A stretch of 64,000 bases of DNA, taken from assembly GCA_002104905.1 (NCBI GenBank), contig MCFE01000008.1, forward strand, positions 186,001 to 250,000, read 5' to 3'. Shown piece after piece: positions 60,901 through 64,000 of this stretch (the stretch's first letter is position 1; each line of letters starts with the position of its first letter). Below the pieces are notes generated by a model that was not told the DNA's origin, did no database searches, and worked only from the letters and a program-made list of their open reading frames with translations. The DNA comes from Basidiobolus meristosporus CBS 931.73. Lineage: Eukaryota; Fungi; Basidiobolomycota. A program made the translations under genes and the position numbers.

Positions 60901-62358
60901 TTCCTTCTTGTGCCGGAGAACTTCAGTTTGCGTTTGATCTATTACATGGCACTCTCGAAACTCTTCTTCTCCGATGATGTCAGTGAAGAAGAATTCATGG
61001 AATTCATCAAACCATTTGAGAACATTCTTGAGGAATTGAAAACCGTGGTGAACATCGGGGCCTACAAACAGGACCATGTCAAGGCCGCACTAAACGGACT
61101 TTTGCGCGATCTACGTGGATTCATCACCCCAATCCAAAGCCGTCGGAATTATTTACTTTTCTTCGATTGGTTTTTCCCCAACTACATGCCAGTCCTGCTT
61201 CAGGCGTTGGAGGCTTGGAAGGAGGACCGCCTCGCCATTACAATCTTGAAGTTCATGGCTGAATTGGGCCACAACAAATCCCAACGACTGAACTTCGATA
61301 TTTCCTCGGCCAACGGGATCTTGCTCTTCCGGGAAACCAGGTAGGAGCTCCACGACGCCTATATGCTGCTGACAAAGTCTGACCATTTTTCTTTCAACAC
61401 TCAGCAAAATGCTTTGCACTTTCGGTGCTGGGGTAATCAATCGCAACCCATCGGAGTCAAACAAGTACACCGAAAAGTAAGTACCTATTACGACATTTCC
61501 CGTACCATCCGACTTCTTCTCACCCCAGCTGCTTCAAGATATAAGGGTATCTCCGTATGTTTCGATATGCTTAGTCGCTCCCTGACTGGCAGATATGTCA
61601 GCTTTGGAGTGTTTGCTCTCTATGGGGACAAGGCTCTTGAGCTAGCATTGAATACAGTCTTTGAGATGATGTTGAGCATACCCGTCGAGGACTTGATGGT
61701 ATGTAATTCCACCAGTAGCGCAATAACCTCGTGCTCACCTTCACTGTAATACTAGGTTTATCCTAAGCTATGCAAGGCTTACTTCACGATGATAGACGTC
61801 TTCTCCAATGAACATATGACAGCCTTACCCGACATGGACTCCAGGGTGTTCTGGTACATCATCCGCTCGCTTGGGGAGGGTTTGAAATCGAGCGAATCCT
61901 CAATTTCATCGTTCGCTTGCTCTGCGGTGGATCACCTGTGCACGTTTGTGATCAAGCTCTCAAACAAGAAAAACCAGTCACACTGGCTGTTGCAGTATTT
62001 CAATCAATTCTCCGACATATTGCCGTTCCTGTTCACCACCGTATTCAACTTGGTGCTCTTCGACGAGAAGCCCAACCAATGGTCCCTATCCAGACCATTG
62101 TTGGGCTTGATTCTTCTCAATCGGGAATATATGATGGAGTACACTGGCAACTTGGTTCATTGTCAGCTAGTGGAACGAAGGGAACTGCTGGCGAAAGCAT
62201 TGCAGTCCTTAATGGAGGAAGTGGACAATACCTTGTCATCCAAAAACCGAGACAGGTTCACTCAGAATTTAGGAACATTTAGACGGGAAATTACTGCTGC
62301 CAATCTCATACTGGTATCCCCCAGTGAGCAAGGGTTCTCTGCCCCAATGTTGGAATAA
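57904..62358 (+). CDS. XPO7: Exportin-7 / RanBP16-17 family karyopherin, many introns
   Basis: FDFIGTCPDESSDD..QIPSTWR, YHEFCRMLARFR, QFRKSYIGEQ, NHTSEHFPFL, QRLNFDISSANGILLFRETSK, YKGISVCF..YVSFGVFALYGD, QWSLSRPLLGLIL, NRDRFTQNL; phases checked. Confidence 0.92.
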
Positions 62359-64000
62359 GGGCGTTTCTCCGACTCCACCCTCATTCCCTCTCTCAGTTTA
62401 GCAAAAATCACACATAGTGTTGGCTGAACTTGATCCACAGCCGCATGTGACAAGTACTTTACCATGTTCTGAGGAACATTTTGAAAGTGTTCCGTGTTAT
62501 TTTTACCTGACCCTCACTATTGACGAACCTTTAACTTATCCCATCCCTCCCCAGCCTCGCTTTCAATGAATGCTCCAATACAATGCTAAACATCCTATTT
62601 AAGCAACTTCTCCAATCATATGCCATATCCTATTAATATATTCATGATACAGGCTGGCCTGGGCATTGGATGAACAATCAACAAAATGTACAATTTAAGA
62701 AAGTTCTGTTTATCCATCGGCTCTAGATGCTCAAAGTATGGTATCGTTGTTGTTGGTGTTGGTGTTGTTTACATAGACAAGCAGATATGCATCACTTTCC
62801 GGAATGCAGATAATCGGCAACCCCAGGTGAAACTCACTCCACTTCCCTTGCCGACGATGACTCTTTATGTGTGCTTCGTCAAATCAGTGCTATTTATCGA
62901 CCCAGATATAGGGTTGTTAGGTTACACCTACAACCAACCCACAAAAATGGCCGAGGTTGAGACCATTGGCTCCATCTAGCCAATGTTGTAAAACTATGTT
63001 TCATTCTTCAAACACCCTTAAGCTTGTACCTATCCAATTACCGGCATCATTGAAAATCCCCCTTACAAATACGTAGATCGTGTCACCTACCAATTCTGAG
63101 ATCTCCTTGGGTGAGTTGCGCGAGCCATGTTGCGAAACATGGTTTAGGCACTGAAAACCCCCTCACCAATTGGATCGACATATCAGGATCCCCTACGGTG
63201 CTACCACGTCCCACTCTTGAATTTTTGCTCTACTCTGTCACAAGCTTGTCGGATATGGGGCCTGATTGGGAGGTTGCACAAACAAGAACCTCCACTGTAT
63301 GGCAAGCCGGCTTCCCTTCCAATCCATAAAAACCCCCCGCGAAAAGTAGTAAACGGGATGCCCAAGTACTGTAAAGCAACCTGGCGAGGCCTAGCTCTTG
63401 CTTCTACTCTGGCTTGACTTGCAACAACCTTCCGTTTCGCCATTTTTTTGTGACTAGCCATATTTAGACTTATCGGAACAAAGCATTTTACAATACTCTG
63501 CTTATTCATATGTTAGTGTGATCGAGTGACATCATTTACCCAATCCGAATCTCTTTTCGGGATCAAATGTTTCCGATTTGGATAAAGGATCGGACACAAC
63601 ATCGGCTTCTATCCTTCAGTGGTTAATCATAAAGCCCATTCATTCAAGTTTAAGCGGCATCAAAGGTGTTTATTCCATAGATGGTCTCACATCTATCGTC
63701 CATCCCGATAATTTAGCGAAACCTCATTTGTCGGAGCTTAATTATTATGGAAACCGATCAACAGTCCATGGACCCACTATGGACTGGCAGTCTCCTCGGT
63801 AAATAAGAATGACGAACCACCAAATCCAATCCACACCAGAGGTGTAAAAATTTTCAATCATGGCGCGAATGCCATTCCATCCATAATCATCATGATTCCC
63901 TCAGCGACGTGACCATCAAAGAGTTTTCACGGAGATTCGTGATTAATATCAAGAGATATATCCGAATTTAGCTAATGTACAGGGTGTACATGTATTATCG

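Overview
Eukaryotic nuclear DNA from an intron-rich fungus, most likely an early-diverging (zygomycete-grade) lineage. This is inferred from three U12-type minor-spliceosome introns, XPO7 and JTB homologues, and short introns of mostly about 50-100 nt. I manually reconstructed 26 protein-coding genes: ATP1 (partial), cyclophilin, mitochondrial L19, CDC55/B55, FIP1, PFK, an ANK-DysF-FYVE-RING (Upa1/Pib1-like) protein, AP-1 gamma, DNM1, a PX-BAR sorting nexin, STT3, vezatin-like, ADI1, COX15, a MIT-domain protein, StuA-type APSES factor, OTC/ARG3, RPL21, RPS9, CBF5, SEC61 gamma, NOG1, ARL8, JTB-like, PAC1/PSMG1 and XPO7. I recognised no rRNA, tRNA, CRISPR array or transposon. The main highlight is the intronless PFK gene, which is split by a +1 frameshift exactly at an antizyme-like UCC-UAA site followed by a small hairpin, a candidate programmed frameshift. 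However, three other loci (RING of the Upa1-like gene, RPS9, OTC presequence) show single-base C/CC-type discrepancies, so systematic assembly error is a serious alternative. Other highlights are three U12 introns, a GC-AG intron in FIP1, and a five-gene ribosome/translocon cluster sharing an A8TCC promoter motif.
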